Source of the DNA: Clostridia bacterium | GTDB taxonomy: Bacteria; Bacillota; Clostridia; Oscillospirales; CAG-272 | Assembly: GCA_017451545.1 (NCBI GenBank) | Contig: JAFTOB010000160.1 | Coordinates: 3,751 to 67,750 of the forward strand | Direction: 5' to 3' | DNA length: 64,000 nucleotides | In this document: positions 7,605-15,852 of the stretch, in pieces | Position numbering within the stretch: the first letter of the stretch is position 1 | Layout of the letters: each line of letters opens with the position of its first letter | Notes under the pieces: model-generated | Told to the model about the DNA's origin: nothing | Databases searched by the model: none | The model's input: only the letters and a program-made list of their open reading frames with translations | Position numbers and translations under genes: made by a program

Positions 7605-8231
7605 CTATTTCGCAAGGGTGGATTCGCTTGCGTGCTCCGGGTTGTGATATCGCACTCTCGGCTTTTTTATGTCCTCATAAAATACTGCTGTCGCCGTCTC
7701 TATATACGGAACCACCCAGAAAAGCAAAATTCCGCAGCTAAGCACGCTCAAAAGTATCCATCCTATAAAGCTGAGCTGAAGCAAAAAGTATTTGAGCTTA
7801 TACCCGTCCATAAGTCCTATGGATTCATCCCTTGCCTCGGATTGAGACATTTTAGGATTATCGGCCAGCACGTACATACTCATAGCATACGAATAGCTTT
7901 TATATATACCCGGTATTATGAGAAGCAAGCTCCACAGTATCACAAAAAGGCTGTTCAGAAAATTCAGCAATATGGCATTCAGCATATTGCTAAAACCATC
8001 GTAAAGATTTCTGACTCTCATATTCTGACCTCGCACCACTCGCAGGCTGCACATGGTCATACCCAAAACGAGGGGCGAGCCAACCACAAATCCCGGAATT
8101 TCAAGCAAGAAAATACCGACGATGGCGGCAGAAATCGTGATACCTATATTAGCCAGGGTTATAAGGCCGAAGGTCTTACGCTTCCCTTTCAGGGATGCCC
8201 AGGCCTGCTTTTTGATCTCTCTTATTGTCAT
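7605..8231 (-). CDS. DUF975-like integral membrane protein
   Basis: The start MTIREIKKQAWASLKG follows GGAGGTG. The layout is multi-TM with the typical DUF975 N-terminus. It has its own TTGATT-17-TATAAT promoter near 8250-8280. Confidence 0.65.
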   Translation of the reverse strand: MTIREIKKQAWASLKGKRKTFGLITLANIGITISAAIVGIFLLEIPGFVVGSPLVLGMTMCSLRVVRGQNMRVRNLYDGFSNMLNAILLNFLNSLFVILWSLLLIIPGIYKSYSYAMSMYVLADNPKMSQSEARDESIGLMDGYKLKYFLLQLSFIGWILLSVLSCGILLFWVVPYIETATAVFYEDIKKPRVRYHNPEHASESTLAK

Positions 8232-8337
8232 ACTAACACCTCCGTTTGGTATATTATACCACTGATTGCAGATAAAATCAAGCAATTATCTCTTGCATAT
8301 TGTCAAGTATTACTTGCTTTTTACTTTTTATTCCCTC

Positions 8338-8916
8338 TCAGCTTACGTTAAATCCTTTGAGCTCAAAAAACTTGGTATTGTAGATATATGCGGTGCCGTA
8401 GCTCTGCTTCGCCGTAACGTAATAGAAGGTATTCCCTGCCACGGAGGTGTTTTCAAGCCCCGTCGAGCTCATTCCGTAGGTCTTGCTCCAGCCGTAATGA
8501 TATCCTTCGGGCATACGCCAGCTTGCGCCGGATTCAAAGTAAAACACCGTTACCGTGCGCGTGGTTCTCACTCTTCTTCTGCCTAAATGCGGCTCGTATA
8601 TTTCCTCCTCCGCTATATGGCTTAAAACCTCCTCGGACACCGCGAGCTCGCCGTTTTTCAGCATATCGGTCATCTTGATTTTTTGGGCTTTTTCCTCCCG
8701 CTTTTCCGAAATAAACCTTACCGTATGATACACGGGCACGGTGAGTATAGCGATAGCGGGCCACGGGTTTTTCATAAGAATGCCCACAAGTATTGCCGCC
8801 AAAAGGAACGGGACAATATACACCAAGCGTTTTTCACTGCTTGTGTCTGACTTGTACTCAAAAACCGAGACAAGATCATTTCTCATATTATCGACGGTCA
8901 AAAGCTCTTTTTTCAC
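8338..8916 (-). CDS. uncharacterised 2-TM membrane protein (type B', paralog of 9591-10109)
   Basis: GTG start with a GTGA overlap on the upstream stop. It shares GNTFYYV...YNTKFFEL with GDTFYIL...YSTKMYEW. Confidence 0.6.
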   Translation of the reverse strand: MKKELLTVDNMRNDLVSVFEYKSDTSSEKRLVYIVPFLLAAILVGILMKNPWPAIAILTVPVYHTVRFISEKREEKAQKIKMTDMLKNGELAVSEEVLSHIAEEEIYEPHLGRRRVRTTRTVTVFYFESGASWRMPEGYHYGWSKTYGMSSTGLENTSVAGNTFYYVTAKQSYGTAYIYNTKFFELKGFNVS

Positions 8917-9587
8917 AGCTCTTCCCCTTCCTTCAGATATTTCAAAAAGCCCTCGTTATCGTAGATGATGACGTTTTCAAGGACTCTGTCGCCGTTACCG
9001 AGGCCGCCCTCGCGGGTGTCCTTATTACGGATCTCCATCGGCATTTTCGACAGCAGAATTATATTGACGTCGCGTGCGTCGGGAGCCTTCCACGGCATAA
9101 ACAGGCTTCTTTTCTGCCTCCACGTGCGCGTGCCGAGGGAGACGTGGGCGCTATCCTTGCCGCTGCGAACCGAGGTGACCTTGGACACGTAGCGTTCCAC
9201 CGTGTTTTCGTTCTCAAAATAGTAGCGCATATAGGTCTTGACGCCCCGCAGGATCACCAGATTATGGCGAACCTTTTTGCGGTAAAAGACCGCGTCGTAC
9301 CTGCCCTTTATGCGGAGCAGGTTCGGAAGATATGCCACCTTTACGTGCTCGCAAAAGACCCCGTTCAGTTCCCTTTTGATTCGTGACATGAAGATTACTC
9401 GCTTGACGAGCAAAAATACCGCGACGGTCAGGGCGACGGCGATGAGCGCGATAAGCAGGGGGACGTTTCTGATCGGCTTGCCTCCGTGCGGGGCGAAGAA
9501 TATGAGCCCTATTATTACGGCCAGCGCGACTGCGGCGAGGGTCTTTATGAGGTCGAGTATTTTCTTTCTGCTTTTCATTTTCTTCAC
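8913..9587 (-). CDS. uncharacterised membrane protein (type A', paralog of 10126-10995)
   Basis: The start is ambiguous: GTG at 9587, or ATG at 9578 following GGTGA. There are 2 TM segments followed by a basic linker and a soluble domain. Confidence 0.6.
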   Translation of the reverse strand: MKKMKSRKKILDLIKTLAAVALAVIIGLIFFAPHGGKPIRNVPLLIALIAVALTVAVFLLVKRVIFMSRIKRELNGVFCEHVKVAYLPNLLRIKGRYDAVFYRKKVRHNLVILRGVKTYMRYYFENENTVERYVSKVTSVRSGKDSAHVSLGTRTWRQKRSLFMPWKAPDARDVNIILLSKMPMEIRNKDTREGGLGNGDRVLENVIIYDNEGFLKYLKEGEEL

Positions 9588-9590
9588 CCG

Positions 9591-10109
9591 TTATTTGTTG
9601 TCAATCCGCCATTCGTACATTTTTGTGCTGTACACATTCAGCGGCAACTGTGCTCGCCTTGAAAAATTAAACTTTTTATCAAACCTGAGTATGTAAAACG
9701 TGTCGCCTATTTCGGTATAATCCAGAAGTTTCTTGCTGTGAAGCATATATTCTCCATTCTTTTGAAAGCACAGAAGGTCAACCACCTGAATTTTTCCGCG
9801 GCGGCCTCGGAGAATCACATCCCGTCTGATATCGCAAAGTGTATCGACTTCCACAACGTACTTCCGCTTGGCAATCTTTACGTAGCAGTATACCAAGTAA
9901 CCCGCAAAGGCAAGCAGCAGAGCCGCGGCCACGCAAATGGCAAGCTTGCGCGTTTCCCACCCGGCGATGGCGGCAGGAAGCATAATGACTGTAAGTATCG
10001 CAACGATTGCCGTCTGAATCTTCAAATCTTTTTTCAGAAAATCCGCAACAGCTTTGTGATCCAACGTTTTTTTCAGTTTGTCGGTATCGGTAAATCTGTA
10101 ATTTCCCAT
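9591..10109 (-). CDS. uncharacterised 2-TM membrane protein (type B)
   Basis: ATG start. Two TM helices precede a roughly 95-aa beta-rich tail. Confidence 0.6.
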   Translation of the reverse strand: MGNYRFTDTDKLKKTLDHKAVADFLKKDLKIQTAIVAILTVIMLPAAIAGWETRKLAICVAAALLLAFAGYLVYCYVKIAKRKYVVEVDTLCDIRRDVILRGRRGKIQVVDLLCFQKNGEYMLHSKKLLDYTEIGDTFYILRFDKKFNFSRRAQLPLNVYSTKMYEWRIDNK

Positions 10110-10125
10110 TGTTCATCCAACTTTA

Positions 10126-10995
10126 TTATGTATTGGGTTTTTCAAGCTCCCTTTCCAAAAGGTCGACAAATCCCGTGCCGCTGTATGCGGCGTAGCCGAA
10201 GAACTCGGCGCCGCTTCCGCTTTCAAGCATTTTGCCTTCCTTTTCATCGAAGGCCTGCATTGAATATGGCGCGGGGTTCATCAGCAGAACCTTCACGTGC
10301 TTTTTCGAGCTGTAACGTCCGCCCTCGAAGGCGTAGCTCACGAATTTCACTTTTTCGTGGCTGCCGAACATAAGCTTGAATCGATTTTTCAGCACGCCCG
10401 TAATGACCTGCGCCATATCGGGCTCTGTAAATCTTATGACCGCGAGGCGGCGCGGCGTGGGGAAAAACATCACGTCATAGACGGTGTTCCCTGCCTCCAC
10501 GGTGAAGTCGCAAACGCCCGACGGGCGGCGCACGTTACGGTAGAGGCTACGGTTGCGGTAGACCTTTATTTTGCGTTCCTTTGCCATTTTCTTCAGCCGC
10601 TTTACGAATTTTCGCCGTCTGAAATAAGGCTTTGAAAGAATCGAGACTATGACGATGAAGGCGGCGGACAGAACGACGAAGCTGATCAGCGGCCCGCCGT
10701 AAAAGGCGAAGGCGACAAAAGAAATAACGAGGAAGGACAGATAGAGCGCGGCAAAGAAATATCCGAGTATTGCCACCGCCACGGTGCGGTAAATAACCGA
10801 GAAAAAGGACACTCTGCGCGAGCCGTAGCTGCGGTATTTTTCGCGGGCGTGGTATTCGTTCATTATGCGCTCGCGCTTTTCCTTGGCGGTCAGCTTGCGC
10901 TTGCCGTTGAACTCATACATTCCCTGCCCGCGCCCCACCTCGATAAAGGAGGAATGCATTCTGTCCCAATTACTTCCCATGTGATGTGCCGACAT
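10126..10995 (-). CDS. uncharacterised membrane protein (type A)
   Basis: The start follows AAGGA at 7 nt. Three hydrophobic segments are followed by RRRKFVKRLKK and a soluble domain (YDVMFFPTPRRLAVIRF...HVKVLLMNPAP...GTGFVDLLERE). Confidence 0.6.
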   Translation of the reverse strand: MSAHHMGSNWDRMHSSFIEVGRGQGMYEFNGKRKLTAKEKRERIMNEYHAREKYRSYGSRRVSFFSVIYRTVAVAILGYFFAALYLSFLVISFVAFAFYGGPLISFVVLSAAFIVIVSILSKPYFRRRKFVKRLKKMAKERKIKVYRNRSLYRNVRRPSGVCDFTVEAGNTVYDVMFFPTPRRLAVIRFTEPDMAQVITGVLKNRFKLMFGSHEKVKFVSYAFEGGRYSSKKHVKVLLMNPAPYSMQAFDEKEGKMLESGSGAEFFGYAAYSGTGFVDLLERELEKPNT

Positions 10996-10997
10996 AG

Positions 10998-11588
10998 TTA
11001 TTTCCTTTCGTTAGTCAATCGGAGCGTGTGACCGCAAAGGTCGCACTTTTTGTTAGCTATGGGGTTTTCGGTGCCGCAGATGACGCAGATGATCTCCTGG
11101 CTTGCGGCGGTGGGTAGCACCTGCAGGTATTTTGTGCCCGCAAGGTGGAGGACGCGGTCGCCCTCGCGGTACTGCTCAAACTTTTGCGATCGGTTTGCGT
11201 CGCACTCGTGGACGGTACGGTTTATGACCTTGCCCGAATCGAGGCGAATATAGAGAACTACGCTTTCTTTCGTATACATATCTCCGGTTTTGCCCGGCGA
11301 TTTGCTGCGAAAGGCCGTGCTCAGCTCTCTGTCCACATTGACCACCGTGCCGATCCATGTCCTTCCCATCAGCGCAACGGGCAGGCCCGTGGCAGCGAAG
11401 GGGATCAGGAAGAGAAGGACGTATATGGTGGCCTGATTGCCCGCTCCGAAGCCGCCGAAGAGCATATCTCCCCACAGGAAGATAAAAAGCGCCACGGCAA
11501 CGAGGAGGACGGCGAAGGGGATGAGCCGTCTCGCCGCCTTTTTGTTTTTATATTCGCGGATATCTGCGGGGATCCTTATCTTTTCCAT
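10998..11588 (-). CDS. membrane protein with C-terminal zinc ribbon
   Basis: 2 TM segments. The C-terminus is CVICGTENPIANKKCDLCGH. Confidence 0.6.
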   Translation of the reverse strand: MEKIRIPADIREYKNKKAARRLIPFAVLLVAVALFIFLWGDMLFGGFGAGNQATIYVLLFLIPFAATGLPVALMGRTWIGTVVNVDRELSTAFRSKSPGKTGDMYTKESVVLYIRLDSGKVINRTVHECDANRSQKFEQYREGDRVLHLAGTKYLQVLPTAASQEIICVICGTENPIANKKCDLCGHTLRLTNERK

Positions 11589-11589
11589 A

Positions 11590-12138
11590 TCAATCCTTTT
11601 CGACGTTGCGCTTTGCGAGCAAGAGGCAAAGCAGGGTCTCGCCTATGCGGACGGCGCCCGCAAGGACGGTTCCGACGATCCAGCCGAGAAGGGGCATATT
11701 CATACCCGTAAGGAGGATCCAGCCGAGGTCGGTGAAATAGAAGGTTGCCGACATTGCCGCCAGGGGCCACACGGCGCACATAAACACTATAGGGAGCTGG
11801 AAGGCGGCGAAGATGCCTGTCTCCCAGAGATTTTGCTTGAGAAAGTTTTCTTTGTAATATCCGATGACCGTGAAGCTCTCGTCCTTCATTGCCATTCGCA
11901 GATCGCGGCGGAAATCGTTGAAGGAGAACTCGATCTTGCTTTCAATAAAGAAGATTACGGCGTAAAGGATGATTCCGAAGACCGACCAGGTCAGATAGGC
12001 CTCGGTGTAAAATTCGTATTTGACCAGCGACATGATATAGCCCGCAAGCATCATATCGAAGAGGAACATTCCCGCAACGTGGGCAAGTGCCACGATGCCG
12101 AACCATTTAACGAGCTTTCTGAAAAGTGCAGGAGTCAT
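11590..12138 (-). CDS. uncharacterised polytopic membrane protein
   Basis: 182 aa with 4-5 hydrophobic segments. Only a 1-nt gap separates it from the next gene. Confidence 0.55.
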   Translation of the reverse strand: MTPALFRKLVKWFGIVALAHVAGMFLFDMMLAGYIMSLVKYEFYTEAYLTWSVFGIILYAVIFFIESKIEFSFNDFRRDLRMAMKDESFTVIGYYKENFLKQNLWETGIFAAFQLPIVFMCAVWPLAAMSATFYFTDLGWILLTGMNMPLLGWIVGTVLAGAVRIGETLLCLLLAKRNVEKD

Positions 12139-12154
12139 AGCTGTGTCCTTTCTT

Positions 12155-12182
12155 CCCGGGCAACGGCGAGCCGTTGCCCGGG
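12155..12182 (-). promoter_or_regulatory. 12-bp GC-rich intra-operon hairpin between the flotillin gene and the downstream genes
   Basis: cccgggcaacgg-cgag-ccgttgcccggg with no U tract. On the minus strand it lies about 11 nt after the flotillin stop and 16 nt before the next ATG. Confidence 0.6.
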
Positions 12183-12193
12183 GTATACGTGTG

Positions 12194-13615
12194 TCAGTTG
12201 TTCTCGGGGTTATTTCCCTTCTCCGTGCCGAGGTACTCGGGCAGCTTCATACCTGCCATATCAAAGACCTCATTCATCGGGGGGATGGACTTCATAATAC
12301 CCGACAGGAAGTTGGCGGTGGTGCTTTTTCCGTTCTCGCCGTTGCCGTTGTCCCAGACTGTGATCTTGTCGATCTTCAGATTCTTGATGGCATCGACCTG
12401 AATTCTCTCGAGCTCCTCGAGCTTGTCGGCGATCATAAGCTTAACAGCATCGTCGGATGCGCCGCCCGATGCCTTGATGATCTCGGCAAAGCCCTCTGCC
12501 TGCTTCAACAGCACCTCGCGCATACCGTCAGCCTCTGCGCGCATCTTCATAAGAGTTGCGTCGGCCTCGCCTCGCGCCTGACGGCGGATCTCCTCGGCCT
12601 TTGCCTCGGCCTGAATCTCAAGCTCGCGCTTCTGGATCTCGGCCTTGACGATGATATCCGCCTCGTACTTTGCGCGCTCAAGGCTTGCGCGGGCCTCCTC
12701 GGCCTTCTGCTGTGCGGCGTAGGATTCTTCAAGTGCCTTTGCGGCCTGAATGTTCTCGGCGGCGGTTGCGCGCTTTAAGGATTCCGCCTCCTGCTCACGT
12801 CTGTAAGCCTCGGATGCGGCGATCTGTATCTTCGCCTGGTTCTCACCCTCGATAGCATCGGAGTTGGACTTGGAAACTCGGATACGCTGATCCATCTCTG
12901 CGGCGGCCTGACCGATGGCACCGTTTCTGTCTGCCTCGGCAACCGAAACGCGGGCATCGTTGATGGCGCGTGCGGCGGCTTCCTTACCGAGAGCGGCTAT
13001 GTAGCCCGACTCGTCGTTGATATCGGTTACGTTAACGTTGATGAGGCGCAGACCGATCTTCTTCAGCTCGGTCTCCACGTTGCTCGAAACGGCATCGAGG
13101 AACTTATCACGGTCGGTGTTGATCTCCTCGATCTCCATTGTGGCGATGACGAGACGGAGCTGACCGAAGATGATATCCTTTGCAAGATCCTGGATCTCGG
13201 TCATACGCAGGCCGAGCAGACGCTCTGCCGCGTTCTGCATTACGCCGCTCTCGGTGGAGATACCGACGGTGAAGCTGGAGGGTACGTCAATACGGATGTT
13301 CTGTCTCGACAGGGCGTTCTTCAGGTCAACGCTGATGGACATAGGTGTCAGATCCAGATACTCGTAGGACTGGACGATGGGCCAGACCAGTGCCGCGCCG
13401 CCGTGGATGCACTTTGCGGGGCGGGAGGTGCCGTCCTTGTTGTTGCCGACCTTACCGTAGATGACCATGATCTTATCGGAGGGGCATTTCTTGTAGCGCG
13501 ACACGATGGTCACGAAGAGCATGAAGACGATCAGAACGGCAACGCAGATGAGGACGATGAGTCCCACGCCGAGGCCGCTCGCATCGGCGTTGAGTAAACG
13601 TGTGAGGTTTGTCAT
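12194..13615 (-). CDS. flotillin / SPFH (band 7) family protein
   Basis: N-terminal TM segment, an SPFH core (SRYKKCPSDKIMVIYGKVG...), and a long Ala/Glu/Lys-rich coiled coil (EAESLKRATAAENIQAAKALEES...), as in FloT/YqiK. Confidence 0.85.
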   Translation of the reverse strand: MTNLTRLLNADASGLGVGLIVLICVAVLIVFMLFVTIVSRYKKCPSDKIMVIYGKVGNNKDGTSRPAKCIHGGAALVWPIVQSYEYLDLTPMSISVDLKNALSRQNIRIDVPSSFTVGISTESGVMQNAAERLLGLRMTEIQDLAKDIIFGQLRLVIATMEIEEINTDRDKFLDAVSSNVETELKKIGLRLINVNVTDINDESGYIAALGKEAAARAINDARVSVAEADRNGAIGQAAAEMDQRIRVSKSNSDAIEGENQAKIQIAASEAYRREQEAESLKRATAAENIQAAKALEESYAAQQKAEEARASLERAKYEADIIVKAEIQKRELEIQAEAKAEEIRRQARGEADATLMKMRAEADGMREVLLKQAEGFAEIIKASGGASDDAVKLMIADKLEELERIQVDAIKNLKIDKITVWDNGNGENGKSTTANFLSGIMKSIPPMNEVFDMAGMKLPEYLGTEKGNNPENN

Positions 13616-13649
13616 AGTTGTTTTCCTTTCTTATATGGTTATTTTTGGG

Positions 13650-14264
13650 TTACTTACCGAGGGGTTCGACCACCAGAGCACCGTTCTCCGAGACCGCGAC
13701 CACGCGGACGTATGCGCCCGTTGGGATGGGCTCGGCGGAGGTGGTGATGGCCGAGAGCTCCGTGAGCTGCTCCTGAACCGTGATGCTGACCTTGCCTGCC
13801 GACTTGCCTTCCGCGGGAATGGTCAGATACACCTGCGCCACCTTGCCGATGGCGTTGCCCACGTCAAGATTTCCGCTTGACTGCAGGCGGGAGATGCCGC
13901 GCATTGCAAGCGCGACGAGGAAGAGGGCGAGAACGCCCAGCGCCAGCGAAATGGCGGCGCCCACTGCCCAGTGGATATTGAGGGACGGGTCGAGAAAGAC
14001 AAGTCCGCTCCAGCCCATTATGGACAGCATTGCAACGATGCCGCGCAGAGTGAAGAAGGACAGACCCGCATCGGGCAGGTCGCCGTCCACGTCATCGGCA
14101 TCAAAATCACCGTCACCGTCGAGATCCGCATCGGCGTCGCTGTCGCCCATACCGAAAAGCATTGTCACGATAAGGACAACGAGCAGGACAGTGGCCGGCA
14201 CGGCGATGCAGAGGAAGATCTGCTGACCGAGGATCAGGCTGTTCCAAAATTCAATTAAAAACAT
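13650..14264 (-). CDS. NfeD-like membrane protein (YqiJ/YuaF type)
   Basis: TM helices, an acidic loop (DSDADADLDGDGDFDADDVDGD) and a C-terminal OB-like segment (GKVAQVYLTIPAEGKSAGKVSITVQ). It sits immediately upstream of the flotillin gene. Confidence 0.7.
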   Translation of the reverse strand: MFLIEFWNSLILGQQIFLCIAVPATVLLVVLIVTMLFGMGDSDADADLDGDGDFDADDVDGDLPDAGLSFFTLRGIVAMLSIMGWSGLVFLDPSLNIHWAVGAAISLALGVLALFLVALAMRGISRLQSSGNLDVGNAIGKVAQVYLTIPAEGKSAGKVSITVQEQLTELSAITTSAEPIPTGAYVRVVAVSENGALVVEPLGK

Positions 14265-14276
14265 AGCTTCTCTCCT

Positions 14277-14861
14277 TTAACTGTTGATGATAAGCTCGAG
14301 CTTTTCGTCCGAGTAGCGTTTGATTATGGCGGAGTAGTAGGCGACGATGATGATCTCGAGGGCGTTTGTGAGCCGCCGTCTCGCGCCGCCGATCTTTTCC
14401 TCATAATCGGCCGTTACGGTCTTGATGCAATCGCGCAGGCTCGAGACCTCGTAGCTCTTTTCGTCGCTCATTACCGTGTCAAGTATGCGGCAGATGTAAT
14501 CGTATAGCACCGAATCGCGGATGATATCGTCCGATCGGTCGTCCACGCTTCCGTTGATGTAGCGGATCAGAAACGCGATCTTCTCCAAGTGCATACATCC
14601 GCGCAGCATATTAATGATAAGTATGTGCGCCACCTGATCGATATTGTACTTTTTGAGCTTTGAGTTTTCGACCCAGCCGCGTTTTGTCCAGTTTTGCAGG
14701 GTCGAGCCGTCGATTCCCGAGATCTCTCGGATCTGCGAGAGCATTACTCCGTCCGAAATATAAAATATTTTGGACAGGAATTCCAGACCCGTTGCGTTTC
14801 CCATATCGGCTCTTTTAAGTATTGTTCCCGGTATGTATTCTTCCCGAATCTGAAGGTTCAT
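14277..14861 (-). CDS. DUF1836-like HTH protein
   Basis: The start MNLQIREE follows GGAGAGGTG. STLQNWTKRGWVENSKLKKYNIDQVAHILIINMLRGCMHLEKI fits the DUF1836 pattern (xNYVKxGLIPxPxKKKYxxxHLAxL). Confidence 0.6.
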   Translation of the reverse strand: MNLQIREEYIPGTILKRADMGNATGLEFLSKIFYISDGVMLSQIREISGIDGSTLQNWTKRGWVENSKLKKYNIDQVAHILIINMLRGCMHLEKIAFLIRYINGSVDDRSDDIIRDSVLYDYICRILDTVMSDEKSYEVSSLRDCIKTVTADYEEKIGGARRRLTNALEIIIVAYYSAIIKRYSDEKLELIINS

Positions 14862-14894
14862 ATAATCACCTCTCCTTTCTATCTTGTCACACAT

Positions 14895-14923
14895 ATTATA
14901 TCACACAGTCACTTGACCGTCAA
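14895..14923 (-). promoter_or_regulatory. promoter of the DUF1836-NfeD-flotillin operon
   Basis: Minus strand reads TTGACG-17 nt-TATAAT with an upstream TG (extended -10). The -35 lies inside the palindrome CTTGAC-C-GTCAAG (14911-14923). Confidence 0.7.
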
Positions 14924-15022
14924 GAGCAATTCGAAGATTTTGTATACATACACAATTTTGATTTACAGTTTTGTATATACTGCACAATTCTCAGCCGTGC
15001 AAGCGGAGCATAAGATTAAACT

Positions 15023-15607
15023 ATGAAAGTAAAAATCAAATTTGCCCTGCTGTTGCCGCTTTTTGCGGCCTGTCTGTTTCTGTCGGGGCAACAGGTCTAC
15101 ACCCTCCTTGCCCTCTCGGCCGCCGCGATCCATGAGCTGGGCCATATTTTTGCGGCGCGGCTTCTCAAAATAAGGCTTGAGCTTTTCTCGCTGGATCTTT
15201 TGGGCGCGAGGCTGACCACCTCGGGGCGGCTTTGCTCCTACCGTGACGAGGCTCTTCTCTGCGCGGCGGGGCCTGCTACCAACGCCCTGACGGGGGCGGC
15301 GGCGTTAGTCGTTCTTCCCCACGTCGGAGCTTTGCGCGAGTATCTTCTGTTTTTCGCCGCCGCTTCGATTTCCCTCGGTGCGCTGAATCTTCTGCCCATA
15401 CGCTCCTTCGACGGCGGGCGAATACTCCATTGCCTGCTCTGCCGCGCCATCTCGCCGAGCCTTGCCGAGCCCATAATCACTTTTCTTTCATTTATATGTT
15501 GTTTTTCGCTTTGGTGCTTTTCGGTTTATCTTATGCTCCGCGCGGGGGCTTCCCTTTCGCTCTTTATCTTCTCCGTCTCGCTTTTTGCCCGACTTTTCTT
15601 GGCTTGA
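15023..15607 (+). CDS. M50 family site-2 metalloprotease-like membrane protein (SpoIVFB-like, no CBS domain)
   Basis: HELGH and NLLPIRSFDGG motifs in a polytopic 194-aa protein. Confidence 0.7.
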   Translation: MKVKIKFALLLPLFAACLFLSGQQVYTLLALSAAAIHELGHIFAARLLKIRLELFSLDLLGARLTTSGRLCSYRDEALLCAAGPATNALTGAAALVVLPHVGALREYLLFFAAASISLGALNLLPIRSFDGGRILHCLLCRAISPSLAEPIITFLSFICCFSLWCFSVYLMLRAGASLSLFIFSVSLFARLFLA

Positions 15608-15725
15608 GAAAACGGAAGATTTTGGGAGAAAAGCCGAGATTTTCGGAGTTTTTCGGCGATTTATTCAAAATAAGCAAGAATATTTGTGATTTATCGAGAA
15701 TTTTCGCATTTTTTTGTAAAATCTA

Positions 15726-15754
15726 TTGCAATTTTGCTCAATATCTGTTACAAT
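15726..15754 (+). promoter_or_regulatory. candidate potABCD promoter
   Basis: TTGCAA-17 nt-TACAAT. Confidence 0.5.
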
Positions 15755-15852
15755 ATGCGTTGGAATTGTAGGCAGATATTTTCTGCCGAAAAAGCAAGGA
15801 TGCTCCTTGCCATTCCCCAAATATTTTTTTACTCAAGGAGTATTTATGCGGA

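Noticed and set aside
8338-12138. Idea that the A and A' membrane proteins are NERD or PD-(D/E)xK nucleases, or that B and B' are bacterial PH (DUF304) domains, which would make the cluster a defence system.
   Set aside because: I could not find the catalytic D...ExK pattern or the characteristic bPH motifs by eye. This would need profile or structure searches, so the proteins are left as uncharacterised.
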